64,000 nt of DNA, taken from Bacteroidales bacterium. GTDB taxonomy: Bacteria; Bacteroidota; Bacteroidia; Bacteroidales; PWNQ01. Shown here piece by piece: positions 62,945-64,000 of this stretch. Position 1 is the stretch's first letter. Each line of letters begins with the position of its first letter. The notes beneath the pieces were generated by a model. It ran no database searches. It had not been told where the DNA came from and worked only from the letters and a program-made list of their open reading frames with translations. The stretch is from contig JAIPBW010000003.1 in NCBI GenBank assembly GCA_021738505.1, positions 4,063 to 68,062 of the forward strand, written 5' to 3'. The position numbers and the translations under genes were made by a program.

Positions 62945-63006
62945 ACCAGGCAAAATGTTGAGCATGCCATATATAGGATTTCTATATATCACCTAATTAT
63001 TTGATC

Positions 63007-63525
63007 ATGAAAAGAGTTGTCATTACCGGCCCTGAATCCACCGGAAAATCCTGGTTAACAAAAAACCTGGCTAAACATTACGATACTGTTTGGGTCCCGG
63101 AATATGCCCGTGATTATATAGCAAGCCTCAAAAGAGAATACACTCAAAATGACATTTTATATATTGCGCAACAACAATTAAAGCTAGAACAAGAGCAAGC
63201 ACAAAAAGCAAATGGTCTGTTGTTTTGCGATACCAGTATGTTGGTTACTAAAATATGGAGTGATTTTGTTTTTGGCAGTTGCCCAGACTGGATTGAGCAA
63301 CAACTGGACAATCATATTTATGATCTTTATCTTCTTTGCTATATTGATACCCCGTGGGAGGAAGATCCACTAAGAGAACACCCGAATAAACGAAAAACGC
63401 TGTTTTCTATATATGAAAATGAATTAAAACAAAGAGATTTTCCTTTTGAAATAATTACAGGATTGGATACGCAAAGGCTAAACAATGCAGTTCATGCTAT
63501 TGAAAAGCATTTTCCGGACGTATAA
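63007..63525 (+). CDS. NadR-like P-loop kinase (AAA_28 type)
   Basis: ITGPESTGKS, VPEYAR, FCDT, PWEEDPLRE. Confidence 0.9.
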   Translation: MKRVVITGPESTGKSWLTKNLAKHYDTVWVPEYARDYIASLKREYTQNDILYIAQQQLKLEQEQAQKANGLLFCDTSMLVTKIWSDFVFGSCPDWIEQQLDNHIYDLYLLCYIDTPWEEDPLREHPNKRKTLFSIYENELKQRDFPFEIITGLDTQRLNNAVHAIEKHFPDV

Positions 63526-63538
63526 TTTATGCAAATCC

Positions 63539-64000
63539 TCACTCCACTTGCCACTGATCATAGTCAGGAAGATCTTTTAGAAAAGTATAAGACCATTTCT
63601 CATAATCCATTTTGCAGTAAAAATGATTTATTCCATTTGTAACCATGAGGTAATCAACACGAATAGCCACATTATACCGTGCAATTTGCTCAAATGTCTC
63701 TTGTGTTATTTTTACCGACGGAGCTTTACATTCCACTATCAAAATCGGTTTTCCTGTAGATTTAAAAACCACAAGATCGGCGCGTTGCTGCATTTTATTG
63801 TATTTGAACTGTTTTTCTACAGATACAAGGCTTAGCGGAACTTTTTTATAACCTACCAAATAATGAATTGCATGCTGGCGCACCCACTCTTCAGGTGTAA
63901 GTTTGACATATTTTTTTCTTACCGGATCAAAAATATACTCTTCGTTATCGATTTGTTTTATCTTATAGTCAAACTCCGGGAAATTCAAGGCTATTTTTTC
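63539..64000 (-). CDS. Stand-alone type I restriction HsdR N-terminal-domain protein (5' end probably just outside the window)
   Basis: IFDPVRKKYVKLTPEEWVRQ, RADLV, VECKAP, TNG; frame stays open to the window edge (EKIALNFP). Confidence 0.88.
   Translation of the reverse strand, partial: EKIALNFPEFDYKIKQIDNEEYIFDPVRKKYVKLTPEEWVRQHAIHYLVGYKKVPLSLVSVEKQFKYNKMQQRADLVVFKSTGKPILIVECKAPSVKITQETFEQIARYNVAIRVDYLMVTNGINHFYCKMDYEKWSYTFLKDLPDYDQWQVE

Noticed and set aside
63539-64000. Type I restriction-modification system
   Set aside because: Only the short stand-alone HsdR-N-like protein is present; no hsdM/hsdS or helicase domain is seen.

Overview
64 kb of core chromosome from a Bacteroidota bacterium. 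The assignment rests on TAnnTTTG promoters, a 288-aa primary sigma factor, T9SS type A and type B C-terminal domains, and the dapF-GNAT-mltG and split-transketolase gene orders. About 58 protein genes are present, mostly housekeeping (pyrG, rpsO, pnp, rsmE, gcvP, a K+-dependent Na+-PPase, nupC, thyA, folA, dnaB, rpoD, degP-like protease, dapF, mltG, folE, fabD, rfbB, galE, waaA, tkt, pnuC). I saw no rRNA, tRNA, CRISPR array, transposase, integrase or phage gene. The structure not explained by genes is intergenic. (i) A ~350-bp element occurs three times (1-193 partial, 9238-9577, 42774-43130 inverted); it has a variable-copy 10-bp AATGAC array facing an inverted AAATGAC array whose spacers are GAA-triloop mini-hairpins. 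(ii) Its terminal module recurs on its own at ~5.0, 5.1 and 33.2 kb. (iii) A second, inverted-repeat-bounded, ERIC-like element family lies at 52.2 kb and 9.6 kb. Protein-level oddities: an ECF sigma factor followed by an anti-sigma-like membrane protein ending in a T9SS type-B CTD, a YchF with remodelled P-loop/switch I, a minimal Wnt-like (DUF6973-type) protein, and apparently inactive acylphosphatase, thioredoxin and DUF2779 domains. All family assignments come from motif recognition by eye; no searches were run.
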